Assembly (NCBI GenBank): GCA_964427375.1
Contig: CAYRUF010000018.1
Span: 4,691 to 68,690, forward strand
Direction of reading: 5' to 3'
DNA length: 64,000 nt
Origin: an uncultured Desulfatibacillum sp.
GTDB taxonomy: Bacteria; Desulfobacterota; Desulfobacteria; Desulfobacterales; SpSt-501
In this document: piece after piece, positions 23,262 to 31,856 of the stretch
Numbering within the stretch: position 1 is the first letter of the stretch
Layout: the number at the start of each line of letters is the position of its first letter
Translations under genes and position numbers: made by a program
Notes under the pieces: generated by a model
Told to the model about the DNA's origin: nothing
The model's database searches: none
What the model saw: only the letters and a program-made list of their open reading frames with translations

Positions 23262-24415
23262 TCTTCGAAACAGCGCTCGGGCACCAGCACGCTGCCCTCC
23301 ATCAGGCGCCGGGCGGTGCGCCCCAGCACCGCTTCCCGGTAATCGAGTCCGCCCCCGCAGGTTTCGATCACGGCGCCGACCTCGATGACGCCGCCGGGAT
23401 GCCCGATGCGCAGGAGGTCCCGGCCGCGCGCGCTCTCGGAGAGCAGATCGCTGACGACCGTACCCGGGATCATGGCCGCGCCGGCGGTGGCGACCGCGCC
23501 GCTGACGGCATAGGTGCGGTGCAGGGTCCCCATGGACATCATGCGGGCCAGCAGATCCACGTCGCCGGATTCGATCAGGCGCCCGTTCAGCGCGGGGTAG
23601 GATCGGGGCGCCGCGACCATGGCTACTTTGGGAACGGCCTGGCTGCGCCGGGTGGCTTCTTCCTCGGTGGCGGTGATTCCCAGCACGACCGCGGCGCGGC
23701 AGCGCACGGCCTCCAGCTTGGATTTGATCTCGGCGCTGTGCTCGATCGGCTCGGTCTCGTTCCCCTGCAGACCTAAAGACTCGGCGCGGACGAACACGAA
23801 GGGGTTGGCGGCGTCGACGCAGGAGACCTCCACGGCGCCCAGCCCGGCGATGGCGAAGCGGTCCCGGCGGTTTCCCGTCGGAAAAAGCCTGCCCGTGACG
23901 GCGCCGGCGGGATCCACGAAGCGCAACAGGATGCGCGATCCCGTTCCAGGCACGCCGTCAATGGCGTACGCCCCATTGGGGTCGAAGGCGCCATCCCGGA
24001 CCGGGACCTCGGCGATGATGAGCTTGTCCGTGTTCTTCTGGTGGATGCGCACACGGGTCAGGGGCTCGACAGCCGCCACCAGGCCTTCGTCCACCGCAAA
24101 GGGTCCCACAGCGGAAGACATGTTGCCGCAGTTGCCTTGGTAGTCCACGATCGGCCGGTCGATGGACACCTGGCCGAACTGATAGACCACATCGTAATCG
24201 GGGGAGGGCGAGGGGCTGATGACGGCGACCTTGCTGGTGACGCTCTGAGCGCCGCCGACGCCGTCGATCTGGCGGCGAAAGGGATCCGGGCTGCCGTAGG
24301 CGGCCAGGATCACCCGCTCGCGGGCCGCCGGGTCCGCCGGCAGATCCCTCTCATGGAAGAACAAGCCCTTGCTGGTGCCGCCGCGCATTAATACGGCCGG
24401 AATGCGCTTCTGCAT
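23258..24415 (-). CDS. PrpF-family isomerase (2-methylaconitate / aconitate cis-trans isomerase family)
   Basis: IPAVLMRGGTSKGLFFHERDLP, GSPDPFRRQIDGVGGAQSVTSKVAVI and the GNCGN motif are present. The start is at ATG 24415, preceded by AGGAGGA; the ORF track extends to 24493. Confidence 0.85.
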   Translation of the reverse strand: MQKRIPAVLMRGGTSKGLFFHERDLPADPAARERVILAAYGSPDPFRRQIDGVGGAQSVTSKVAVISPSPSPDYDVVYQFGQVSIDRPIVDYQGNCGNMSSAVGPFAVDEGLVAAVEPLTRVRIHQKNTDKLIIAEVPVRDGAFDPNGAYAIDGVPGTGSRILLRFVDPAGAVTGRLFPTGNRRDRFAIAGLGAVEVSCVDAANPFVFVRAESLGLQGNETEPIEHSAEIKSKLEAVRCRAAVVLGITATEEEATRRSQAVPKVAMVAAPRSYPALNGRLIESGDVDLLARMMSMGTLHRTYAVSGAVATAGAAMIPGTVVSDLLSESARGRDLLRIGHPGGVIEVGAVIETCGGGLDYREAVLGRTARRLMEGSVLVPERCFEE

Positions 24416-24510
24416 GTCGTCCTCCTGCTCATGGCATTTCCCGATCGGATCGAAACGGCGGGTTGAAGCCGTCTGCCGTTTGCCTGGCCGCAAACCGCCA
24501 AACTCAACCG

Positions 24511-24527
24511 AGCAAGAAAAGTGCCAC
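24511..24527 (-). promoter_or_regulatory. Sigma-54 promoter (consensus -24/-12) for the PrpF-family/dehydrogenase operon
   Basis: The minus strand reads TGGCAC-TTTTC-TTGCT, an exact match to TGGCAC-N5-TTGC. It lies about 95 nt upstream of ATG 24415 and next to a sigma-54 activator gene. Confidence 0.8.
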
Positions 24528-24588
24528 CGGCCGGCACGCTCTCCTGTCCGCGCACTCGAGGCCCCCCCGGGCTTTCTTTCGATCCGGG

Positions 24589-26526
24589 CTAGCCATCCAG
24601 CCCCAGAGCCTTCATCTTGCGCCAGAGGGTCGTTCGGCTGATTCCGAGTTGTTCAGCCGTCTGGCTCAAGCGGTAGCGGGAATTTCGGAGGGCCTCCTGG
24701 ATGATGGCTTTTTCGTTCTGGAGGATCTTCTCACGCACGTGAGACTTGAAGGCCGCCGGCGCCTGAGGGGCAGCGGCCGGGGCCGTGCCGCCCGCAACGC
24801 CGCTGAACTGGATCAACTCGTGGTAGAGAATTTCCAACATGTCCGGGCTGCACCTCAAACTGCAATTCAGCACCAGCCGTTCGGCGAAATTCTTGAGCTG
24901 GCGGACGTTCCCCGGCCAGGCGTATCGCTGCAAGCGGTTGATGTATCCCGGGGGGAGGCGGATCGGCTCGATCTGCTGGCGGTCCGAGAACGATCGGATG
25001 AAGAAATCGAGCAGCACCGGAATGTCTTCCTGGCGCTGCCGCAGGGCCGGGATCTGGATGCGCAGGACGTTGAGCCGGAAGAAGAGGTCGGGCCGGAACT
25101 GGCCCTCCTGGAGCGCGGCGTTCAGGTCGCGGCTGGCCGCGGCGATGACGCGCACGTCGACCGGTATGATGCGGTCGCCGCCGACGCGCATGACCTCCCG
25201 CTCCTGCAGCACGCGCAGCAGGCGGATCTGCATGGCTTCGGGTGTCGAGTCGATTTCGTCCAGGAAGATCGTGCCCTGATGGGCGAGTTCGAAGCGCCCC
25301 GGCTTGCCGCCGCGCTTGGACCCCGTGAAGGCGCCTTCCTCGTGCCCGAAGAGCTCGCTCTCCAGCAGCTGCTCGGGCAGCGCCGCGCAGTTGATGGAGA
25401 CGAAGGGGAAGCGGCTGCGGCGGCTCAAGTCGTGGATGCCCTGGGCGAAGATCTCTTTGCCCGTGCCGGTCTCGCCCATCACGAGAATCGTGGAATCCGT
25501 GCGGGCATATTGCTTGCCGAGTTCCACGACCTCGCGCATGGCCGGGCTGACGTGGACCAGTTCCTTGAGCTTGTATTTTGCCACCAAGCCGGCCGACAGG
25601 GAGCGGCGCACCACGTTTTCCGTGCGCATCACGTTGCCGATGTCCCGAAAGGTGGATACCGCGCCGATGGCCTCGCCGTCCAGCAGGATGGGCAGGTGGT
25701 TGAAAATGAACCGGCCGTCCCGGATTTGGCCGAGGCGGTCCTGGATCGACGTCCGGCTGTTCAAGATCTGCGGAATGGGGCTTTCCGGCAGAAGGTTGTG
25801 GACGGGCTGTCCGAGGGCTTCGGACTCCCCGATTTGGAGGGCCTTGAGGGCGGCGGCATTGGCGGCGGTGATGCGGCCGCGGGCATCGACCGCGACGATG
25901 CCGTCGGAGGCCGCATCGATGATGGCCCGGTAGCGCCGCGCCATGGCCTTCTGCTCGCGCCCGGCCAGCGCCACCGAGACGGCGTTGTCCAGAGTGGCGG
26001 AGATGTCCTCGTCCGAGGTGCGGATTTCGACGAACGTCAGGCCGATCGCTTCAGCGATCCGCTGCGTGACGCCCCCGCCGACGACGGCATCGCAGCCCTG
26101 GCGCCGGGCTCGGATGATGGCCTTCTCCAGGCTGGGCATGTCCCGATAGACTTTCTGGACGAGCTCGATGTTCAGGAGCTCCTCTACGATCGCGATGCCG
26201 CCCATCTCCTGGCGGAACACCGGGAACAGAACGCGCCGGGCGGCCCGGGCGGCGGCCTTGAGGCTGATGAGGATATCCAGGGAGCGGTGCGGAAAAGAGA
26301 TCACCGGAATGCGCAGGTTTTCCCGGAGCAGGTGGGCCGTGCCGCGGCGGCCGACAGCCACTTCGATCCCCTCGCGCTCCATTTCGGATGCAATCGCGAC
26401 CGCCTCTTCCAATCCATGGGTGTCGACCCGGATTTCGATTTGGCGATGAGTGCTGAGGGCCTGGATACGGCCCATCAGGGAAGGGCTGGAAGCAAAAACG
26501 CCGATACTGACTTTTTTGGGCTGCAT
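24589..26526 (-). CDS. Sigma-54-dependent transcriptional activator with PrpR-type N-terminal domain, PAS, AAA+ and Fis-type HTH
   Basis: The PrpR_N-like start is IGVFASSPSLMGRIQAL...VAVGRRGTAHLLRENLRIPVISF. The AAA+ core has GETGTGKE, GAFTG and ESELFGHE. The C-terminal HTH is LSQTAEQLGISRTTLWRKMK. Confidence 0.9.
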   Translation of the reverse strand: MQPKKVSIGVFASSPSLMGRIQALSTHRQIEIRVDTHGLEEAVAIASEMEREGIEVAVGRRGTAHLLRENLRIPVISFPHRSLDILISLKAAARAARRVLFPVFRQEMGGIAIVEELLNIELVQKVYRDMPSLEKAIIRARRQGCDAVVGGGVTQRIAEAIGLTFVEIRTSDEDISATLDNAVSVALAGREQKAMARRYRAIIDAASDGIVAVDARGRITAANAAALKALQIGESEALGQPVHNLLPESPIPQILNSRTSIQDRLGQIRDGRFIFNHLPILLDGEAIGAVSTFRDIGNVMRTENVVRRSLSAGLVAKYKLKELVHVSPAMREVVELGKQYARTDSTILVMGETGTGKEIFAQGIHDLSRRSRFPFVSINCAALPEQLLESELFGHEEGAFTGSKRGGKPGRFELAHQGTIFLDEIDSTPEAMQIRLLRVLQEREVMRVGGDRIIPVDVRVIAAASRDLNAALQEGQFRPDLFFRLNVLRIQIPALRQRQEDIPVLLDFFIRSFSDRQQIEPIRLPPGYINRLQRYAWPGNVRQLKNFAERLVLNCSLRCSPDMLEILYHELIQFSGVAGGTAPAAAPQAPAAFKSHVREKILQNEKAIIQEALRNSRYRLSQTAEQLGISRTTLWRKMKALGLDG

Positions 26527-26547
26527 CGCAGGCTCCTGGTCGGATGC

Positions 26548-26562
26548 GAAACATTGTGTTTC
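26548..26562. promoter_or_regulatory. Palindromic operator/UAS candidate GAAAC-N5-GTTTC in the regulator/tctC divergent region
   Basis: GAAACATTGTGTTTC has the same half-sites and spacing as 19363-19377. It is 22 nt from the regulator ATG and followed by a second palindrome, CATAAA-N6-TTTATG, at 26562-26579. Confidence 0.4.
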
Positions 26563-26667
26563 ATAAACTGAACTTTATGTCAATCCGCTTGAACATCGCC
26601 CAGCGCGGATCCGGCTCGCAGCCCGGCCAATCGGGCCGGGCGCGGGCGGCGACGGTTCAGCTGGCTT

Positions 26668-26683
26668 TGGCATGAATCCTGAA
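26668..26683 (+). promoter_or_regulatory. Weak sigma-54 promoter candidate upstream of tctC
   Basis: TGGCAT-GAATC-CTGA has a good -24 element, but the -12 element reads TGA instead of TGC. Confidence 0.25.
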
Positions 26684-26696
26684 ACAGCGCTCGATG

Positions 26697-26725
26697 TTGA
26701 CAAACTTAAGTGCTTCCAACATACT
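26697..26725 (+). promoter_or_regulatory. Sigma-70-type promoter candidate upstream of tctC
   Basis: TTGACA at 26697-26702, a 17-nt spacer, then CATACT at 26720-26725. Confidence 0.35.
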
Positions 26726-26822
26726 CACGCCCAACAACGATTTCCTTGAAAACGGCCTCGTCGAAAGCCATATGGGCGGCCGTTTCACCCGGCACGCTCA
26801 ACTCAAACAGGGAGGGGGCAAC

Positions 26823-27794
26823 ATGAAAAAGATCATCTGCTTCATCGCATCGGTAGTTTTCCTTCTGGGGGCTCTTCCGGGGCTTAACGCCGCGGCGGCC
26901 GAGTATCCGGAAAGGGCCATCGAAATCCTCGTCCCCTTCGGGGCCGGCGGCGGCAGCGACACGGCTGCGCGGGCGGTGGCGGAGGGGCTGAAGCCCCAGC
27001 TCAAAAACGGACTGGTGGTGAACAACATGCCGGGCGGCGGCGCGACCAAAGGCATGCTCTATGCCTCTCAGCAGCCGGCCGACGGCTACACGGTGCTCGC
27101 CATCACCACCTCGCACCTCATCGACGCGGCCAAGCCCAAGACGCGCGCGCACATCCTGCGGGACTTCGACCCGCTGTGCCGGATCCAGTGGGACACCTCG
27201 GCGGTGACCATCTCCGCCGATTCCCCGCACCAGACGTTTGCCGAGCTCGTGGAGTTCGGGAAGAAAAACCCCAAGGCCCTGAAATTCGCGGGCACGTCGC
27301 CGGGCGGCTGGTCGGAGATCCAGACCGTGGCGTTTTTCAAGAAGTCCGGTGTGGAGGTGACGTTCGTTCCATTTGACTCGGGTGCGGAGATCAAGGCGGC
27401 CATTCTGGGCGGCCACATCACCGGAGCCGTAGAAGAACTGGCCGAGACGCTGCCGCTGATCGAAGCCGGCAAGCTGAAGTCGCTCTGCGTCATCATGGAC
27501 AAACGCCATCCGGCCCTGCCGAACGTGCCCTGCTCCAAGGAACTGGGCATCGACTACACCCATGGGCTGATGCGCGCCTGGGGCGTCAAGAAAGGCACCC
27601 CGCCGGAGCGTCAGAAATTCCTGGTGGACGCCATCCGGAAGTCGCTGGACCATCCGATGTATGTGAAATTCATCAAGGACAACCATCTGGATGCGCGGCC
27701 GGGCTACCTGGGGCCGGAGGAAACCCGCAAGTACATGGAAGAGCAGGTGGAGTTCTTCACGTCGGTCCTCAAGGAACTGGGGTACCTGAAGTAA
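26823..27794 (+). CDS. tctC: Tripartite tricarboxylate transporter substrate-binding protein TctC (Bug family)
   Basis: The signal peptide is MKKIICFIASVVFLLGALPGLNAAAA, followed by YPERAIEILVPFGAGGGSDTAAR, typical of Bug/TctC. The start is at ATG 26823 after GGGAGGGGG. Confidence 0.9.
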   Translation: MKKIICFIASVVFLLGALPGLNAAAAEYPERAIEILVPFGAGGGSDTAARAVAEGLKPQLKNGLVVNNMPGGGATKGMLYASQQPADGYTVLAITTSHLIDAAKPKTRAHILRDFDPLCRIQWDTSAVTISADSPHQTFAELVEFGKKNPKALKFAGTSPGGWSEIQTVAFFKKSGVEVTFVPFDSGAEIKAAILGGHITGAVEELAETLPLIEAGKLKSLCVIMDKRHPALPNVPCSKELGIDYTHGLMRAWGVKKGTPPERQKFLVDAIRKSLDHPMYVKFIKDNHLDARPGYLGPEETRKYMEEQVEFFTSVLKELGYLK

Positions 27795-27870
27795 ACGGGC
27801 AGGGGGTTGGCCCCATCCGAGGATGCGGGGAGGCGACTTTCCCGCATCCGCCACCAAAGGCAGGCCGCCA

Positions 27871-28377
27871 ATGAAAACGGGTGAGATGGTCTTTTTCGCC
27901 GTATGCGTCGCCTTTTTCGGCTTCATGTTTTACGAGGGATTGGACCTGGCGACTCATGGCCGGGCAGGGGAAATCGGCAGCGGCCTCTGGCCGCTGATTT
28001 CTCTCGGAGCCTCCTTTCTTTTTAGCCTTGCGCTTCTGACCGCCAGCCTCCGAAAGGCCCGGCGGGAACTTGGCGCCGGCATCGACGATACGCCGGAGGC
28101 CATGGTTGAGAAGAAGCGGCAGCGGCTCACCGTCACGCTGAGCGTGGTCTGTTTTCTCGTTTACATGGCGGTGATTCCCTGGATCGGGTTCATTCTCTCC
28201 ACTCTGCTCTACATTCCGGCCTTCGCCCTCGCACTGGGCGAACGACGGAAGTGGGTGCTCTTCGTCGCACCCTTCTTGCTCACCGCCGTCATCGTCGCCG
28301 TGTTCGCGAAGTTCATCACGATCCCCTTTCCGAAGGGGGTCGGGTTCTTCGCCGAGTTCAGCCGCCTGTTCTACTAG
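27871..28377 (+). CDS. tctB: Tripartite tricarboxylate transporter small membrane subunit TctB
   Basis: It is a 168-aa, four-TM protein located between tctC and tctA. The start is at ATG 27871. Confidence 0.75.
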   Translation: MKTGEMVFFAVCVAFFGFMFYEGLDLATHGRAGEIGSGLWPLISLGASFLFSLALLTASLRKARRELGAGIDDTPEAMVEKKRQRLTVTLSVVCFLVYMAVIPWIGFILSTLLYIPAFALALGERRKWVLFVAPFLLTAVIVAVFAKFITIPFPKGVGFFAEFSRLFY

Positions 28378-28396
28378 GTCGAGGAGGGATGCCGAC

Positions 28397-29890
28397 ATGG
28401 TTGACATTTACCTGCAGGCCTTTGCAACGGTCCTGATGCCGCAGAACCTGATCGCGATGGTGCTGGGCGCCCTCTGGGGCTTGCTGGCCGGCGCGCTTCC
28501 GGGCATCAGCACCTCCATGGGCGTGGTCCTTCTGCTTTCGTTTACGTACACGCTCTCGCCGATGACGGCCTTCGTCCTGCTGATCGGAGCCTATCTGGGA
28601 GGCATCACCGGCGGCTCCATCACTTCGATCCTCTTCGGCATTCCGGGCGAACCCTCCTCGGTGCCCACGGTGATCGAGGGGCATTCGCTCGCCAAACAAG
28701 GCCGCGCCGCCTACGCCATGTGGGTGTACCTGCTCTGCTCGATCTTCGGAGGCCTTTTCAGCGTCTTCGTCATGATCCTGGCCACGCCGCTGATCGCCAA
28801 TTTCGCCCTGCGCTTCGGCCCGGCGGAGTATTTCGCGCTGACCGTGCTCGGCTTGAGCGTGGTGTCGGGCCTGTCGGGCGGGTCGATGCAGAAAGGCTTC
28901 CTGTCCTGTTTCTTCGGCTTGTTTTTAGCCACCGTCGGCACCGACGGGATTACGGGCGAAGAGCGCTTTACGTTCGAAACCGTCACGCTGCTGGGCGGAA
29001 TCAACTTCGTGGTGGCCATGGTGGGCCTGCTGGCCGTCTCCGAGATCTTCATCGAGGCGGAGGAGCCCTTCAAGGAATACAAGGGGGGGGTGCAATACCG
29101 GGGGCTGCTCAAGGAAATGCCGCCGCTCTCCTTATTCAAGAAATACCTGCTGACGATGGTGCGCTCCCCGATCATCGGGACCATCGTCGGCGCGCTGCCG
29201 GGCGCCGGGGCTACCATCGCCGCTTTTCTGGCCTACGGCGAGGCCGCCCGCACCGCCAAGCACGAACCGGAGAAGTTCGGCAAGGGCGCGGTGGAGGGGC
29301 TGATGGCCGCCGAATGCGCCAACAACGCCTCCACCGGCGGATCCATGACCGTTCTGCTCTCCCTGGGGCTGCCCGGCAGCAACACCACGGCCATGCTGGT
29401 GGCGGCCTTCATGATCCACGGCATGCAGCCGGGACCCCTGCTGCTGACTCAGCGGCCGGACGTCGTCTACGGGATCTTCGCGGCCATGCTGCTCACGAAC
29501 CTGCTGCTGCTCGTGCTGACGGGCACGGCGATCCGGCTCTTCTTGGAGCTGAACCGGCTGCCCTACTCGGTCTTCTCGGCGGCGATCATGATACTCTGCG
29601 TCATCGGCGCCTTCGGGCTCAACAACAGCGTAGACGATCTTTTCCTGATGTTCGCTTTCTCCGTGATCGGCTACTTCATGCGCAAGTTCGGAGTGCCGGT
29701 GGCGCCGTGCATCCTGGCCTTGGTTCTGGGAGATCTGGCGGAGCTCTCCCTCCGCCGGGCGCTGCTGCTCTCGGGCGGGAGCCCCCTCGGCCTGGTCAGC
29801 AGCCCGATCAGCGTGGTCCTGCTCGCGGGCGCGCTGTTCTCGATCGTCTATCCGATGTTCAAGAAGCCCAAAATGCTCGAGGGGGCGTGA
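28397..29890 (+). CDS. tctA: Tripartite tricarboxylate transporter large permease TctA
   Basis: It is a 497-aa polytopic protein with LPGISTSMGVVLL, GALPGAGATIAAFLAYGEA and ECANNASTGGSM motifs. A GAGGAGGGA RBS is present. Confidence 0.92.
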   Translation: MVDIYLQAFATVLMPQNLIAMVLGALWGLLAGALPGISTSMGVVLLLSFTYTLSPMTAFVLLIGAYLGGITGGSITSILFGIPGEPSSVPTVIEGHSLAKQGRAAYAMWVYLLCSIFGGLFSVFVMILATPLIANFALRFGPAEYFALTVLGLSVVSGLSGGSMQKGFLSCFFGLFLATVGTDGITGEERFTFETVTLLGGINFVVAMVGLLAVSEIFIEAEEPFKEYKGGVQYRGLLKEMPPLSLFKKYLLTMVRSPIIGTIVGALPGAGATIAAFLAYGEAARTAKHEPEKFGKGAVEGLMAAECANNASTGGSMTVLLSLGLPGSNTTAMLVAAFMIHGMQPGPLLLTQRPDVVYGIFAAMLLTNLLLLVLTGTAIRLFLELNRLPYSVFSAAIMILCVIGAFGLNNSVDDLFLMFAFSVIGYFMRKFGVPVAPCILALVLGDLAELSLRRALLLSGGSPLGLVSSPISVVLLAGALFSIVYPMFKKPKMLEGA

Positions 29891-29892
29891 TC

Positions 29893-31827
29893 ATGGGGAG
29901 GACCATCGTCGAAAAAATACTGCAGGCCCATTTGCGTGAAGGCGACTACGTGCCCGGCCGCGAGATCGCCGTCGGAATCGACCAGACGCTCGTGCACGAC
30001 GCCACCGGCACCATGGCGTTCCTGCAGTTCGAAGCCCTCGGCGTCGACGCCATCCGGACGGAGCGGTCGGTGACCTACATCGACCACAACACCCAGCAGA
30101 TCGGCTTCGAGAACAGCGACGACCACCTCTACCTGCAGAGTGTCTCCGCCAAATTCGGCGCCGTGTATTCGCGCGCCGGCAACGGGATCTGCCACCAGGT
30201 GCATCTCGAGCGGTTCGGGCGGCCCGGAACGACCCTGCTCGGCGCCGACAGCCATACCCCCACCGGCGGCGGCATCGGCCAGATCGCGATCGGCGCCGGC
30301 GGTCTGGACGTGGCCGTGGCCATGGGGGGCGGTTCGTTCCGCCTCGCCTGCCCCCGGGTCTACCTGGTCCAGCTAGCGGGAAAGCTCTCGCCCTGGGTGT
30401 CGGCCAAGGACGTCGTGCTGCACCTCTTGTCCCTGCTCACCACCAAGGGCAACGTGGGGGTGGTGCTCGAGTACGGCGGGGAGGGGGTCCAAAGCCTCGG
30501 CGTTCCCGCCCGGGCCACGATCGCCAACATGGGCGCGGAAATGGGGGTGACCACCTCGATTTTCCCGTCGGACGAGACCACCCGGACGTTTCTGAAGGCC
30601 CAGGGGCGTGAGAAGGATTGGGTGGAGCTGAGGGCGGACCCCGGTGCGCGTTACGACCGGGTCATCGAGGTCGACCTGGCGGCGCTCGTGCCCCTGGTGG
30701 CGGCCCCGCACAGCCCGGGCAACGTCATGAAGCTGGCGGAGGTCGAAGGCCTGAAGGTCGACCAGGTGTGCATCGGCTCCTGCACCAACTCTTCCTACCG
30801 GGACATGATGACGGCGGCCGCAATGCTGCGCGGGCGGACCATCGCCCGGGGCATCAGTCTGGGCGTTGCCCCCGGCTCGCGCCAGATCCTGCGGACGCTC
30901 GCCGGCAACGGAGCGCTCGACGACCTCATCGGCGCGGGCGCGCGCATCCTGGAGAGCGCCTGCGGGTTCTGCGTGGGCGTGCACTTCTCGCCGAAGAGCG
31001 GCGGGGTCTCCGTGCGGACCTCGAACCGCAATTTCGAGGGCCGCTCCGGCACCCGGGACGCGCAGGTCTATCTGTGCAGCCCGGAGGCGGCCGCCGCCGC
31101 CGCGATCACGGGCCGGCTCACGCTGCCGGAGCGCCTGGAAATGGCCTGCCCGCAGATTCAGGAGCCGGACGTCTATCGGATCGACGACAGCATGTTCCTT
31201 TTCCCCGGCGCGGATGCCAAAAATGTCCAGGTCCTGCGGGGACCCAACATCGGCGAGCCGCCGCGCAGCGAAAAGATGGCCCCGGCGCTCGCCGGCCGCG
31301 TCATGATCAAGCTCGGCGACCACATCACGACCGACCACATCACGCCCGCCGGCGCGCGGCTGAAATACCGCTCGAACGTGCCCAAATACGCCGAGTTCGT
31401 CTTCGAGCACATCGATCCGTCGTTTGCCCGGCGCTGCCTGGAGAACAAGGCCCAGGGGGTGCACAACGTCATCGTGGCGGGGGAATCCTACGGCCAGGGC
31501 TCCAGCCGCGAGCACGCTTCGATGTGCCCGATGTACCTGGGCGTCAAGGCGGTGGTCGCCAAATCGTTCGAGCGGATCCACTCCGCCAATTTGGTCAATT
31601 TCGGTATCTTGCCGCTGGTGCTGCGGAACCCGGCCGACTTCGACGGAATCCGGCCGGACGACGGCCTGAGCGCAGCGAACTGGCGCGAGGCCGTCGCCAA
31701 GGGCGAAGCGATCGTCCTGCGCAACGAGCGCTGCGGGGCCGCGATCGAGTGCGCCTGTGCGCTGTCCGCCCGGCAGATCGACGTGGTTTTGGCCGGCGGG
31801 CTGTTGAACTACATCACGTCCGCCTGA
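29893..31827 (+). CDS. Aconitase-family hydratase (644 aa, fused large + swivel domains)
   Basis: [22 protein letters not shown] and CGFCVG are the three 4Fe-4S Cys-ligand regions, and [13 protein letters not shown] marks the C-terminal swivel domain. The start is at ATG 29893, 2 nt after the tctA stop. The ORF track N-terminal extension (from 28720) overlaps tctA out of frame. Confidence 0.9.
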   Translation: MGRTIVEKILQAHLREGDYVPGREIAVGIDQTLVHDATGTMAFLQFEALGVDAIRTERSVTYIDHNTQQIGFENSDDHLYLQSVSAKFGAVYSRAGNGICHQVHLERFGRPGTTLLGADSHTPTGGGIGQIAIGAGGLDVAVAMGGGSFRLACPRVYLVQLAGKLSPWVSAKDVVLHLLSLLTTKGNVGVVLEYGGEGVQSLGVPARATIANMGAEMGVTTSIFPSDETTRTFLKAQGREKDWVELRADPGARYDRVIEVDLAALVPLVAAPHSPGNVMKLAEVEGLKVDQVCIGSCTNSSYRDMMTAAAMLRGRTIARGISLGVAPGSRQILRTLAGNGALDDLIGAGARILESACGFCVGVHFSPKSGGVSVRTSNRNFEGRSGTRDAQVYLCSPEAAAAAAITGRLTLPERLEMACPQIQEPDVYRIDDSMFLFPGADAKNVQVLRGPNIGEPPRSEKMAPALAGRVMIKLGDHITTDHITPAGARLKYRSNVPKYAEFVFEHIDPSFARRCLENKAQGVHNVIVAGESYGQGSSREHASMCPMYLGVKAVVAKSFERIHSANLVNFGILPLVLRNPADFDGIRPDDGLSAANWREAVAKGEAIVLRNERCGAAIECACALSARQIDVVLAGGLLNYITSA

Positions 31828-31856
31828 CGAGACCGCGCGGACCAGGAGAACCCACC

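Noticed and set aside
24463-26571. A 702-aa plus-strand ORF antisense to the sigma-54 activator gene. The same phenomenon appears at 5293-6990, 10889-11902, 16765-18360, 19498-20979, 20945-22117, 30373-31581, 35746-37290, 41863-43833, 48954-49892, 50001-51548 and 54680-57280.
   Set aside because: All are antisense or out-of-frame shadows of strongly supported genes in GC-rich DNA. They have low-complexity Arg/Gly/Pro/Ala-rich translations and no RBS or motif support.
28720-29892. The N-terminal 390 codons of the 1035-aa ORF 28720..31827, which would give a giant aconitase.
   Set aside because: This part overlaps tctA out of frame and is Arg/Gly/Pro-rich. The aconitase-family sequence starts cleanly at [10 protein letters not shown] (ATG 29893), 2 nt after the tctA stop.
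30618-31856. The N-terminal extension of ORF 30618..33059 upstream of icd. The analogous case is the 5-prime two thirds of ORF 35706..38441, across gdhA.
   Set aside because: Both are out-of-frame overlaps with the aconitase and gdhA genes and have junk-like composition. The true proteins begin at MAKIKVTTP (31857) and MPAPNHL (37332).
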